Assembly: GCA_964106915.2 (NCBI GenBank)
Contig: OZ066919.1
Reading direction: 5' to 3' (one strand)
Source of the DNA: Podarcis gaigeae
Taxonomy: Eukaryota
DNA length: 64,000 bases
The notes under the pieces are model-generated. The model ran no database searches. It saw only the letters and a list, made by a program, of their open reading frames with translations, and was not told where the DNA came from. This document shows, one piece after another, positions 13,307 through 27,108 of the stretch. The translations under genes were made by a program, and so were the position numbers. Each line of letters starts with the position of its first letter. Within the stretch, counting starts at the first letter, position 1.

Positions 13307-13681
13307 GTTTACTACGTCTGAGTAAGGCAGTATTCACTCAGGCTCTTATCCAACAGTGATGCTGACATTATACCTTGCCAAAAGGTACTGTACCACTGTG
13401 TGTTGAAGGAGGGTTCTGATGTGAAAATGAAGTATTCTTTAACTGGAAATCTGGTGTAAATTCATTAGCATTCCCAAGAAGCCCGTTTTGAACCCCAGGG
13501 CTATCTCCCCCCCCCCCCACTGACACAAGCAGCAGGGTAAAACTCAATGTCTGCATTTTAAAGACTACTGTATCTGTCATTGCACTTCTAGGGGAGCCCA
13601 AAATGCAGGAGCTACCAGAGCTCCAATTCATTTTTGCCTGGAAGGAAGCCTACAGAGAAAAAAAGGCAAGTCTGAACTTAC

Positions 13682-13848
13682 CTATACTGCTGTGGTGAAA
13701 GCCTGGGGCTATTGCTGCCATTACTGTTGACTTGTTCCACAGTGCTGCTCACATCATCATGGCCGACATGTAGCATGCCGCTAGTGGAGCTTGTGTTGAT
13801 CATCGTGGGACTGTTCAGCAGAGGGAAGTTGCTCTCAGCCAGGGCTGC
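13682..13848 (-). CDS. FOXP4: FOXP4 penultimate coding exon, 167 nt
   Basis: tttttag|GCAGCC...TATAG|gtaagt; encodes [56 protein letters not shown]; phase 0/2. Confidence 0.95.
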
Positions 13849-14985
13849 CTAAAAAGTCAAAATGCAAGTAATAAAAATAGCCTAGCACAATATCATTCCT
13901 TAAATAAAGACCAATTTAGTGGGTGTGTTGTGGGTGGGAATACAGTTAATGAATACTCCAAAAAAAAAATAAAAAATGACAGGTTTACAAAACAACTCTA
14001 GTTCTATATAGGTAATGAGAAATAGAAATTACTTTCCCCAAGTACTTAAAGTGCATCTGGCTATGTTTTCTTCCACAACAGCTCAGTGTACAGAAATGGA
14101 AATGTATGCTCCACTTTTAAATCTCACAGCATGAAATGAATCAAGGAACAAAAGTAACAACAAAAGCAACTAAAATACTTTTGTAAAATCTCATTAATAA
14201 ACTTTCCTGTGTTGGTTTTATTCCTTCAACAATCATGGGAATGAAACTCAGATGTCAGAAAGGTGAGCTTTTTGTGTGTGCTGAGGAAGCTCAGCGTACC
14301 CACTTCATTGGTTAAGAGAGTTCTGAAGTCTAATTTAGGGGACTTGTTAAATAGTGCTAGGTCACTGGTTCCTCAGCAGTAATCATCCTAATGATACCTG
14401 CACAATTATTCCATATCTGGACCCTCTCCCTATCCATAGACCTTCAACACCCTAGTCTACCAACCTACTGAGAGGGGAGGCTGAAAGGACAATTTCATTT
14501 AACATCCTGCAAGGCACTCAGCTGTGAAGAGGGAGAACGAGGCTATTTAGATATTCTGCCATTTGCTATCCTTTACTCCTTACAACTATTGCCAAAACAA
14601 TTGGTCTTTACATTGCCTAGGAGGACATTAGTGAGCTACTGCAACAAACAGTAAAGTGGGTTTCTGGCCCATTTGGAGTGAGGGCTCTCACATGACTGTG
14701 GAGAGTGGGATTGCTTAGGTTGTTCTGGTTCTCCAATATATCTTGTGGGAAAGGACACTGGCTATCATGCGATAAGAGAAACAGAAAAACTAAAACAAAA
14801 ACCACCTTTTATGCATTTGATTTCTATATTTTATTTTATTTCTATACTCACATTGCTATGAGGAACCAGTGGAGTGGGAGCTTGCTTTGTTGGACATGAA
14901 CTGTGAACACAGCACTCTCTCAACAAGGGATGGCTCTCTCTAATGGGAGTAATATTACCTATAAAACTTGTTCATTGGTGGGTCA

Positions 14986-15090
<105 letters not shown>

Positions 15091-15154
15091 CTAAGCACAA
15101 GATGCAAAAATAGACTCACTATGGAAGAGCAGCTGCAATAGTTGCTGCCAGTGT

Positions 15155-15445
15155 TAAGAACCTAAGAGCCCCGCTGGATCAGACCAAAGACTGATCTAGT
15201 CCAGAACCCTGTTCTCACAGTAGCCAATCAGATGCCTATGGGATGCCTGCAAGCATTACCTGAGTGCAAAAGTGTTTTCTTTGCTTGTGATTCTTAGCAG
15301 CTGCCATTCAGAGGCATACTGCCCTCAAAAGTGGAGTAGAACATAGTTCTCATGGCCAGTAATCACTGACAGGTTTATCCTCCATAAATTTCTCTAATCC
15401 TGCTTTAAAGCCATCTGTGCTGGAGGCCATCACTACATCTTATGG
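15155..15445 (-). mobile_element. CR1 LINE 3' end fragment
   Basis: Minus strand encodes a CR1 ORF2-like C-terminus (DVVMA..DGFKAGLEKFMEDK) followed by a tggactagat...ctgatccagc...ttctta tail. Confidence 0.8.
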
Positions 15446-17244
15446 GGAAATGATAATGGTGGTTCTTTCTTCAGTGTCTGAAAATATGCCCTACTGTGGC
15501 TGGAAGATGGTAACCAGTCCCATGTTATTCCCCCTCCATCTACTACAATCTAAATATTTAGATGAGGAGTGACTAACCAGTAATCCTCAAGAGGTTACAG
15601 GACTATAATCTTATCTTGCCTGACCATTGGCCATACTAGCTAGGACTGATGGGAGTTAAGAATACCGCATTTGGAAGAGCACAGGTTAGCCACCCCTAAC
15701 AACTGTGTCCTAGGCTCTGCTGTAGTCTGTGCTGTTTCATTTTAGACATGTCTTGAACAAACATTGCAACAGTTGTCAGAGATTTTTAATCTGAAGGGCT
15801 AGGGGTTTCTTTTAATCTATTCTCTCCCCCATTTCTTGTTTGTGTATATAAATACACTAACAGGTTTTCTATGGTTACAAGAGCTAATACCAGAAATGGA
15901 ATACCACCAGTGGTGCCCTGTTTGTTGCCTGCGCAGCTTCCACTAGTGGTAAGTGAATGTTTTTGGCTGTGGAAATATGCTCCTATGTGCATGCAATGCT
16001 ACTGCTACATACTGCTATGATGCTTGCAGTAGTATCCTATGGTTGTCTACTCAAGATGTTCCTTTGTGTTCAATGGAGCTTACTACATGGAAATCCTATA
16101 CAAACTTATACTGTGTCTGACAGCTTGCTGAACAGGATTGTACTCCTCTTCCCAAGGATGTCGTCTGGCAAGCTATCATACATGCTGTAAGTTTGTACAG
16201 GATTGCAGTTTTGTTCGTATAAATTTAAAGGGATGACTATCATTGGTACCCCAATAATATTTACTGATAAAAAGGTTAAAGTGAAAATATGTCATTTTAC
16301 ATGTCTCGCATGGCTCTTCACAAAATTATTCCTTTGGCTGGAAATAGCCAGTGATGTTTATGCGACAGTTCCATACAACTGCCCCATCCTCAAATGAACC
16401 TTTGTAAAGTAAAGAGGGAATGCCTCTTCAACCATAATGTTTGCTGACAAGAGGGTTGTTGTCTCATTGCAGGTAGAGAACATGAACCCATATTTCCAAG
16501 CACTGCATACTTCTAAATGTACATCTTTGCAGTAGTGAACACACACAGAGAGAGATGTGATAATCATAGAGCAGTGTGCAATGTTAAAGTTCAGTTCTGA
16601 AAACTGGCACAGGCAATAAACATATTAATCAGTGAAGCAAAAGCTAAAATACGGTTCTGAAAAGAATAAATTCATAGGGAAATCTTGCAGGAATGAAGAT
16701 AATAACTCAGGCCTCTCAGCCACTTCTGAGCTTACCTCAGGGACAATAGATGGGGATTATATCCCAATCATTTGAAGAGGAATATTTACTCCTTCACAAA
16801 ATACTAATTCATTTACAGAACTCATAGCCACAAGATTTACCAGTGGTTGTCACTAGCTTAAAAAGCTCCCCTCCGCCCTTCAAATTCATTGGGTATTTAT
16901 CTACACGTGTTAGCAATGATGTATGTTCAGACACGGTATACTGCCAAATTCAGAGGACAGCTGTTGCCTTCAAGCCTTGTGTGCAAATTTCTCAGTAACA
17001 TCTGCCAGGGCACAGTTGATGACACAGGTGGACCTTTGGTCCTAACCTGCCAGGTTGTTTTCATGATTCTGCCTCTGAGTGTGCAGCACAGATGAGAAAC
17101 ATGTTGCTGGAAGCTGCTGCCCCACTGCTCCCCTCCTATGTACACCCCCCCATGAGATGAGCTTTGCATACTCCCAGCCATTCTCATATTTAACTGCAGC
17201 ACTCCTCTTTCCATGGAGGCTGCCTGGAAAGCTGTCTGACACAC

Positions 17245-17366
17245 CCTGTCATCTTTGGTGGCCTTCTCTTTTGGTACTCAAGTTCATCTACAGTCCAGAC
17301 GGCTCCCTTGACATTCTCCACTCGGACGAAGCACTTGTGTAGGCTCAGGTTGTGGCGTACGGCGTT
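17245..17366 (-). CDS. FOXP4: FOXP4 coding exon, forkhead recognition helix and wing, 122 nt
   Basis: ctgcag|AACGCC...ACAGG|gtgtgt; encodes [41 protein letters not shown]; phase 0/2. Confidence 0.97.
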
Positions 17367-18399
17367 CTGCAGGGAGGACAGAAAGAAGATAAAGAATGAT
17401 GTTGAAACACGTGAAGACCTTCTGCTAGACAGCCCTCTTGGCAACGCTTCCAGCTGATACCTCTGTTAGCAGCCAGTCTCCTACAGATTAGTCAGCAACC
17501 TGCTACAGATAACCTGAAAATCTGTCTCTCTGTGTAATGGGGGATGATGCTTTCGGTCTACCATTTTCTGAAGACAACCATCTGCTCTTTATGGTAATAA
17601 CTAGATATTTTGGGTATTGTCTCTACTGTACATGCTCCTATGCCGTATTACTCAGCTAGATTTTTGCCTGGGTCAGCACCACCTCCTGATCAGTTATCAC
17701 GTCGTCTCATCCTAATCATGATTGGTCCCAGCCACCTCCTCACAACAGCAGGGATGTGCTCGCATACCTGTGAAACATCACAGCTGGGATTGAGGTACCC
17801 TCAGCAGCACAAACCAGCAGTGAGAGCAGAAGATGAGCCCCTCTCCTTCAAGGGCAATTGATGGGATCAACAAATGCCAACAGCAGCTGGGAAAAGGCTT
17901 GGTCAAAAATGCAGAAGGAGAGGGCTACTGTGTGACATTCCAGCAGAGCATGCTATGAAAAATGTTTCAGTCCTGTTATTCTGAGATCAGCAGGACCACA
18001 CCATTCCATTCTCTGGGACACTTGCTAACAAAGCTTCCATGGAAGAGCCATTTTGTGATTGTGTGTCTTGTTCTCACCTCCCACGGAAGTGAACTGAGAA
18101 TGGTTGCTGGGCTTCCACAAACCAGCCTACGTAATTGCTCATTATTGGCTAAATGTAGAGAAAAGGGAGGGAGAGGGAAACTAAATATCGTGCTGGGAAA
18201 TGAATTGCCAATGCCAGCTCCTACTTGGAAATCCTCAGCCTTCCCCCCTCCCATCACACAGCCCATCCTTCCTCTTTATTCTGTGTTGCCCATCTTTACA
18301 TTTCTAAATGTAAAATAAAGAAAATGCACGTACACAGGCAGTGTTGCCCCGAGAGATACTAGCTCCCTTTCCCCCCTTCCAGCTCCCTGCCATTTGCTA

Positions 18400-18770
18400 C
18401 TGCCCCTATTTCATTACCAATTTTAATTTGCCTCTAATTAAATCCTGTGTATTTTTCCGACTCACTTGCTAATCCATGAGGGAGGCAGGAGGCTGGAGTG
18501 GAATCTCTCCGAGCTATAATTACAAAGGGCCTAATCACGTCGGGGCTCTGCCTTTGAATAAATTTCCTTGCATTAAGGTTCTCAGATTCTCTGCCTTGCA
18601 AATGAGAATGACCCCAATTTCAGGATGTTGGCCTCGGAGGGTTTTTTTTTTATTTCGAGTCCTGATTCGTGATGAGAGACTAATTCGTTACGCTAAAACA
18701 TTAACAGCAATTTAAAAGGTCGAACGGGGGCCGTATAAACAAAAGAGCTGGCCAAGACAACAAGGCAAAA
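18400..18770. promoter_or_regulatory. Candidate conserved non-coding element / intronic enhancer
   Basis: Non-repetitive; dense TAAT/TAATTA homeobox cores; retained CpGs; forkhead-like ATAAACA near 18735. Confidence 0.45.
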
Positions 18771-19637
18771 GAGAGAGATGGGGAATAAAAACCCCACCTT
18801 CGAAAGTGTTACAGTTCTTGGATACTCAATACATCAGACTTTTTCTTCCCATACTGGCTACAGTATTTTTCAAGCCTACCCATTCCTCCTCCCCATCGAC
18901 TTCCTTCTATTATTTACCCACCTGAATATTTGTGACAATGCAATTGTCCCTTCCTAGTGCCCCTGTTCTCCAGACATGAGAAGAAAGGCCTCAATTTCCA
19001 TTTTTGTTATAACTGACAGCAGTTCAGGCTAGAATTATATGGGACTTGATGTTGCCCGTGTACCACTTGAAAATGTGTTCATTATCGCTAAACAGTGTTC
19101 AGCAACAGAGGAAACTTCTTTCCTGCATTCAGTAAGACCACATCATCTAACAGTAAGGTTAATGGTCATCACATATCAGGCATGCTTACGAGCAGTAAAA
19201 ACCCAAACACTGCATCTTGCTCAGTCTTGCCATGCTTGTGGCATGTTGGCACACATTTCCAATAGGTAAATACTATGCCAATTATCAAGGTAAGGGCCCT
19301 TCTACATGGCACTGTTTGCTTGTGGAAGCTCTGCACAAGCTTTGCAAGAGCTTGAGGGTTTTCACATGGCATCATGGCTTGGACTTGGTAACACTTTCAG
19401 GGAATTGAATAGCAGCCTGATGAAATGGCTTGGGGATTTGCTTTGCTGCTCTCAGAACAGAGTACTGAATAGCGTTTCTTCTTCTGCACCACCTTTACGA
19501 TGACATTTGAAGTGCCTTATAACCCTCTCTCCTTTTGTGGCATTGATGCTGCTGCAGTGTGAGGTGCAGATGAGCTCTGTGGTTGATCATCTGTGAGGAG
19601 AGACCTGCCTCAGGGCTTACCCCAGACAGGAATCACA

Positions 19638-19640
<3 letters not shown>

Positions 19641-19677
<37 letters not shown>
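19641..19677. repeat. (GT)n microsatellite
   Basis: About 18 GT units. Confidence 0.97.
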
Positions 19678-19678
<1 letters not shown>

Positions 19679-22600
19679 ATGAGAGAGAAAGCATGCCTAA
19701 ATGGCTCGCTGAGTTCCACAAAGGGAATCTCAGGCAGGAAGTGAATCCGTCTCTAAAGACAGTCCCAATGAAGAAATCAAGAGAATAAGGTCAAGCTTTC
19801 CCTGTAAAATGCTATGGCCTCCTGTTTTGTTTTTGGTACAGCAAATCCTGTATGGGATTGGTTACTGTTGGAAACACCACATCTGCTTCTGTTACAAAAT
19901 GACGGCCTTTTCTCTTTGGTCTCCACTGAAACTGCTTTGAAGGCAGACACCCTCCGGCGCTGAAATCAGCAGATGAGCACGTACGTCTTTTGCAAACCTG
20001 TGCTGGGAAAAATTCTACCTCTGTTTCATTAGTGTGGCCATGCTGCTATTGGCCAGATGATGAAGCCCGAGAACGTTATCTGCATGTGGCTCATGAGGGC
20101 CATAATGAGACTGGGAAATCGTCCCCATTCTGCCCCAAAATATGGCAGTGATGGATTTTGGTTGCAAGGGTCTCCCCATTTGACATTGATCCCTACCCAG
20201 TGGACTGCTTCTATCATTTATTTTATTTACAAACTTTCTGAACTGCTCTTCATCCAAACAGAACCTTGGCGCAAGTGTGTACAATGCTAGCAGAAACTAT
20301 AAAGCAAAACATTAAGCACCACAGAACAATAAAAACAGGCTAAAAACCAAATCATTTAAGAGCAAGGCTTGCTCTTCTGATCACCAAGAGGTACAGAACC
20401 AAACTCAGGCTCGCTTAGCACCCATTCAGTGTTTTATGGGTACCACTAACCATCCATAGCTGGCAACAGGACATTGACTTGCTTATATGCACAGGGCAGG
20501 AAAGGAAATGGAGACCAAATGAGGCCACTACATGGGCAGCGATGTTCACAGATTCTTCCTAAAAATCCCACTTGCATTTTCATAAGCTGTCTAGGAAAAA
20601 CTTCACACAGAAATCCCAGGAAGGAAAAATCTATGAAAGGTGCTTCTGACAGCATCTGAAGAAAGAAACGCTAAGCTTTCTAGCTCTTTATGTGGATTAT
20701 TCGCTGTCTCTTGGCCATCCCAGTGGCTGGCAGGAGGGTGTCGCCAAGTGTGTATTTCCTCTTTCCTTACTTCTGTGGTCTCCTGCTCCAGGGAGGCCTC
20801 CTTGCATGATTTAAATGCAGCTTTTGTGTTTTGACAGAGTATTTGTTTAATGCCAGGCTTGGCTGCTCTGTTTGCTTCTTATCTTTGTCTTTTCTAATGA
20901 TGTTTGCTTTATGCCCCTGGCCCAGCTTCTCTCCCCAGCTTCTACCCCAACCATTCAGCATCTCCCTGTTACATGCGCTGCCGCCACTGCCGCCATACCC
21001 ACAAAATCCTCCTCACACCTGCCTCTTTGCAGGCACCTCTTGCCATACCTCTTGGCACCTATTTACTTTGCACTCACCCAGCTCCTACTACCTAAGTACC
21101 TCAAATTGCTCCAGAAGGATTAAACCATCATTTAAAAAATGAAATGCTTTCTTTGTGAGACAACCAACGTAATATGTGTTTTCACTGGAACAAGCCGTAG
21201 TGCTGGAATTTCTGTTCCTTCCTCTTTTATAGTGACATTATTTTCTTCAATTTTGCCAGAGACAATAAAGAAAAATATGGGACTAAATGGCAAACTGAAG
21301 CAAACACAAGATTTTAAAGCTATTTTTGAAAGTAAGATTTATTTTTTTTAGTAGAGATTTTCAGTCTGCACCAATCTATTTCTAATTAGCCAAGGGTGCA
21401 ATTAATGTGTGCACAATATCAATAAAGGATGTAGAAATGGACATCATTCCTCACTTCCTCTCTAAAGGCTAGAAAGAGAGTCCAAAAATTTGGATTTCTG
21501 GCTCCTGCCCTAACCATTTTAGGCATAGCATTTTCTATGGGGCATGTAGTTTTAAACAAGAGTGACAGCTATAGCTTGGCATATCTCCACATCCCCTTCC
21601 CCAATTCTCTTCAATAGGACCCTATTTGCAATGTGTCCGGGATGCTGTCTACAGTTATTTGTGTCTTGCACAAGCCCAGCTTATTTACTTGTAGTAATCC
21701 ACCTGAACCATTAGGGGGACTCAATGATTGGTGCACAAACTTACTTACAGAGCACTTGAAATGATTGCAGCCTTCCTCAGTTTGTTTAAATTACCTATTC
21801 ACAGACACCAATTCTGGTTAATATTGTGGCTCTTACACTTTGCTTAGAAAGGAAAATAAAAGGGTCATCTAATCACAGTCTTGTTTCAAATCATTCCCTA
21901 CGCCAAAACTCAAATGTTCCAATGGCACTTGCTTAAAGGCTGATGCATTTAACTAAAGTACAAAAATCTAAATAGAACATAGATAATTAGTCTTGTAATT
22001 GTTCACATCGAAGGGAGAGCAGATTTTGTTTTTACATCACCCTCTCACTTTGATACACCCCTTTTTAGGATACAGAGTTTAATTGGCATATCCAGCCAAG
22101 CATGCAACTCAAAATATGGCAATGTGTCTTTTTACTATTAGCATGTATATTGGGACACCACTAGGCAGAGCAACCCCTCCCCATACACATGTTGTCACTC
22201 ATACATGCCAGGCATGCACTTTTCACTGCACAGATTTTAAAGAGCAACACATGCAGTTGTCTTCAGAAGGTCCCATAGGGTTAAGTAGGCGAGATGAAGG
22301 TGGTAAAGTCAGAGGAAAATTCAGTGGTGCAAAACACTGGAATGAAAGACGGGGAGACTTTATGAGAGCAAAGGTTTGAGACAAAGAATGAAATGAAAAG
22401 AATGAATATATAGTAGGATTGTATTAGCCTTGCCAAGAAAGTGGGAGTTGCTGAAACAAACTCTTGCTGATACTCTGTACCAATGAACAAAAGCAGCTGA
22501 GGAAGGCTTAGAGGATGAGCACAGGCGAAAACCTGTAAACCTTACAGAATTAAAATACAGGCACAGCAATACGTTGTGAAGCAACAGATCTCATGCTGGG

Positions 22601-23276
22601 GATGGTGAAATTACACATTTCAGTTCTCTGACATCATTATTCATGGTCAGTCATCCAGACAGAGGCACAGAACACCAGCAACAAAACAACTGATTTGGGA
22701 GCAGGATGCCAGCCTTCCTCACAAAACGGGGCCTAACATATTTCCAGGCAGGCTTCAAAGAAATTAATTTAGAATTAACCATTTTCTCACAAGTAACTGA
22801 AACGTCTGTAATTCTGCTATCAAATCCACCATGTCTATGGCGTACTTTAAATATCTTTGAATCACTAACATAAAAAACGCAAGGTGAATAACAGCAGTTA
22901 GTATTCACTCATGCAACAAGCCCAGATTTACAAATAAGTGCCCGCAGACTATTATGAAAGTTCAATATAATGGAAAACACCTTGCACTAAATGACTAATG
23001 TTTCATAAGAATTAAGGGTGTTAATAGTACACAGTGAACAAGAGAGATCAAAAGGTGAAGAAACAAAATAGTTTGTGCTATAAATAACAAGTGAGAAAAG
23101 AGCTGCAGCTTTTAAAAAAATACAATCCAGTTTTATTCCTATCTAGCGCGCATGCACACACCCACACCCCAGCCAAAGTTAAGCAGTTTAAGTCACATCA
23201 TTTGCAAAAGGAGAACAGTGCACATGCTTAACATTTTTGCTGAAATTTAGTGAACTGTTTTCTTTCTTGCAGTATA

Positions 23277-23613
23277 AGGTAAAGGGACCCCTGACCATTA
23301 GGTCCAGTCATGGCCAACTCTGGGGTTGCGGCGCTCATCTCGCTTTATTGGCTGAGGGAGCTTCCGGGTCATGTGGCCAGCATGACTAAGTCGTTTCTGG
23401 CAAACCAGAGCAGTGCACGGAAACGCAGTTTACCTTCCCGCCAGAGCGGTACCTATTTATCTACTGCACATTGGCGTGCTTTTGAACTGCTAGGTGGGCA
23501 GGAGCAGAGACCAAACAACGGGAGCTCACCCCGTCTCGGGGATTTGAACCGCCGATCTTCTGATCGGCAAGTCCTAGGCTCTGTGGTTTAACCCACAGCG
23601 CCACCCGCGTCCC
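23277..23613 (-). mobile_element. Sauria-type SINE (tRNA-derived), internally shortened
   Basis: Minus-strand head GGGACGCGGGTGGCGCTGTGGGTTAAACC with B-box-like GGTTCAAATCC; tail ...CCCTTTACCT; flanked by TSD ttct(t/a)gcagtata at 23264-23276 and 23615-23627. Confidence 0.9.
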
Positions 23614-24274
23614 ATTCTAGCAGTATATAAACAGATTTATTTCTGTCTTGCAACCCAGAAAATACCTGGCAGAGAGGAAATGGGACAAGTAAGGACATCC
23701 ACTCTCAATGAAGGAGGGGAGCATGGTGTCCATGTGCACTGCCTCCACTGGGCTCCTCCCTCCTACACCTTTGGTAAGGGAATGAAAATGGAACAACCCA
23801 CTTGCAGCCCTGGAAAGGAAGAGGAGCTATTGCTGTTATGGCATTTCTTTACAACAAGGGTGTAAAACTCTAAATTATCAAGGGACACTCTTTTAGGACT
23901 GCTTTACCCCATCAACAACGGGCAAGCATTTCTGCCAATTGTTATACTCCGGCTTCTCTTTTTAACCACTTCCCTGTTAACTCCCATGCCCCCTGCTCTG
24001 TATTCCATACTGCACTCCATCTGAACTACCTCAGGTCCTTCTATAGCTGCTCGCACTTATCGTACTTCCACCCAGCACATCCTATTTGTCACAGCATCCT
24101 CATCTCCTCCTTTCGGCTTGCTCTCAACCATCATATCTGCTATGCAATAGAACTCTCTTCCCCGCAATCTGTACCAGCTTCTCCCTCATTTCCCTGTCTC
24201 TCTGCATCCTCATCTCTATTACCCCCTTTTCTTCTTTGAGTCTTTTCCTACTCTATTTCTGACCTTCTTAATTA

Positions 24275-24510
24275 CCGTATTTTTCACCCCATAGGACACA
24301 CCGCCCTATAGAGCGCAGGCAGCTCTGTGCAACCCTCTGGAGCCCGGCGCGGCTCCAGAGGGTTGCGCAGAGCTTCCTGAAGCCTGGCGAGCGAGAGGCT
24401 CTCGCTCTCCAGGCTTCAGCGAAAGCCTGTATTCGCCCCATAGGACGCACCCACATTTCCCCTTCATTTTTGGAGAGGAAAAAGTGCGTCCAATAGGGCG
24501 AAAAATACCG
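24275..24510. mobile_element. Tc1/mariner-like MITE, CpG-rich
   Basis: TA|ccgtatttttcaccccatagga ... tccaatagggcgaaaaataccg|TA; internal second copy of the TIR-like motif at about 24428-24450. Confidence 0.85.
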
Positions 24511-27081
24511 TATCTCCACTCTTCCCTACTGAAGCCCATGGCAAGAGGACACAAAGGGTGGAATGCAATGTTGTGCTAATATTATTGTTGCGTCAGAACA
24601 AGCATTTCTGCTTGCCAGATGGAATGATTTCCCACCTTCCCTCCCTGAACCGTTCAGGGGTTCACCTGAACATCCAGAGCAGATCTGGGGGAGATGCAGG
24701 AGGCACATGGGGGGGGGCGGGGAAGCTCCACTGTGCTGCCAGAGGTCCTTGTGCTGGCTTCCACTAATGCTCCAGCTTAGTTGACTCCGGCCCTAACCTT
24801 TCTTTTTCTTAGCAATTTACGCAATGAAGGAGTTTCTGACGCAAAAAGGCTATATCGCATGGCCAGCTGAATGAATCATGCTGTCACAAATGGTACCAGT
24901 TCCACTGACTACCTCTGAATCCAGGGAAAGAGAAGGACCAGTCTATCAACCTCACTCCACCTGTTAATGAGTCTATGAGGTTGAGAGAGATTTGTACTCA
25001 CACACAATAAGGTAGAAATGGGCTACAAAGAATGGATGTTTGACATTCTTTTTTGTGGCACTGCATAGATTACAGAATACTCTCCTTTGCAAAAGCCATA
25101 CGGCGTCTCCTTCATTTGTTTTTATATAGGAAGTAAAGACCTACTTGTTTCCATAGGCCTTCAACACCTGGGAGCCTCAGCATTTTGAATTATCTGCCAT
25201 TGACTGGTGATAGGTCTTTCTAAAACTGATTTCAAATTTTCATTTATTATGGTTTATTGTTTTTAAATGAGGTTGTTAGCTGCTTCACTATCCTGAAAAC
25301 CAGGATATACGTATATTGAAACACAGCAAAAGGAAATTAAATGTCCCAGTGGTCCTTAGCCATGGAAGTGCCACAATTGTTAATGGGCCTTAAATTCTGT
25401 AGGCCTGGTCTGCAACTAAGCTAACGTTTGGGGAACCTGCCTGGTTCTCTGTAGAAATATGTTTGTGCGGAAAGGAGTTGTTCATTTATTTATTTAACAA
25501 AATTTGTATACTGCTGAGCTGTAAATAACCTCCAAGTGGTTTACAATAAAATATAATTTAAAATATACATCATTTTAAATGTTTATGTGAGAGAGGAACA
25601 TTAAGCATGCACATGGATATATTGGTGTGTGCTTCCTATGTCTGTATGTGTTTTCAACCTTTACCGTTCTTAGAGGGAATCAGCCTTTTGGCCATATAAC
25701 TTAAGATGACGGGGTACTAAAGGACAAAACAGTCAGAGTAGATTTCTTTCAAGACCATACTAAGTTACTCTTGGGGGGTGGACCACCACCTTTTAAATTA
25801 CCTCCTCTTCCATTTACTTATTTTTCTCCACATAACCCAGGTTTTCCTAGTGTTAAACACCCTACTGTATTCATTGTATAGTGATCCTGGATAAATACTG
25901 CTCCTTATCTACTTTGACAATCAGCATGGCATATTGCTTAAAACCAAGAGAACCTTATGTAGAATAAGGATGATAGTGATCTTGAAAAATTTACCTCAAA
26001 CCAGGGGTAGTCCAGGCAGGCAAGATAGGCAGGTCAAGTGGGGGATATTGTGTGCACTAATACTACTATGGGGAACCAGCTGCCATAATTTTTTTAAAAA
26101 ACCAGAAATTTCCATGTTCAAACCCAGAAATATTTTACAACCCAGCCACATTTTCCCCTAAAAATGTTAGTTGGAGAAAACTAGTGCTCCTGGTAGGGTG
26201 CTATATTGGTTTTAGCCTTGAAAGACTATCTGTGAGCTGGAGGGCTAACATTTTCTCTCGATGGTAGTGGAGAGGAGAAGGAGGAGAGCTCATCTGTTTG
26301 CTGAAGAGATAATTTATGGTAAGTGACTTAAGAGACAAATGTGTCCACATGTAAGGATGTCTCTGAATATTCCATTTCTGAGCAATTTCGTATTGTTTGC
26401 CTAACATAAGCCCCCTTCATACGTGATCAGGGGCAGTAGTGCTGTCACAGAAATTCCTTTCCACAGCCAAATGTTTGATGTGCATGTCTGCAAAAGGGAA
26501 ATCTACTTATATAGACCTGTAAACTTGTAGGCATCTTTGTGTTCTGACATGGGTCAGGGTTCCACAGAATGCATAGAGATCTACAAATATGGCTTTCTGC
26601 ACTGCAGACACCCATGCCTAATGCAATGTAGCTCCACTGCCTCTTGTTCATGTGGAACCTCCTCTCCATGGTGAATGCACGAAGGGGGATATTCTCCCCC
26701 TAAGGCTTTTGGGGACATATTCAACAGTACTGAAGATTTTGTGGGTTCCCTGCTCACTTTTGGTCTTCTGCCCCATGTCCACTCACCCTAGAAGACATTT
26801 TGAAGTTCACATAGTCCACGACTATATTAAGGAAGACTTTGCATATAATTATTTAAATGACACCACACAACTATGAAACAGAAGACTTTATGTCCTCTGG
26901 ACAGGAAAATTCTAGAAGTACTCCATCTCTGGTGCAATCAACATCCATTTTACAAGTGTCCCTGGGACTCCTGTGATGAAATGCAAGAGGCAGGTAGCAT
27001 GATAACTGTGAAGAATGAGCTGATATTTCATTTTGTTACCAACACATTTTTATTTATCTTATGCAAAATATATTTACTTTC

Positions 27082-27108
27082 GTGTGTGTGTGTGTGTGTG
27101 TGTGTGTG
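27082..27108. repeat. (GT)n microsatellite
   Basis: About 13 GT units. Confidence 0.95.

Noticed and set aside
20215-20290. 'LDEEQFRK' peptide resembling an alternative forkhead exon
   Set aside because: No LSLHKCF or W residues and no suitable splice sites; looks like a degraded LINE 3' tail
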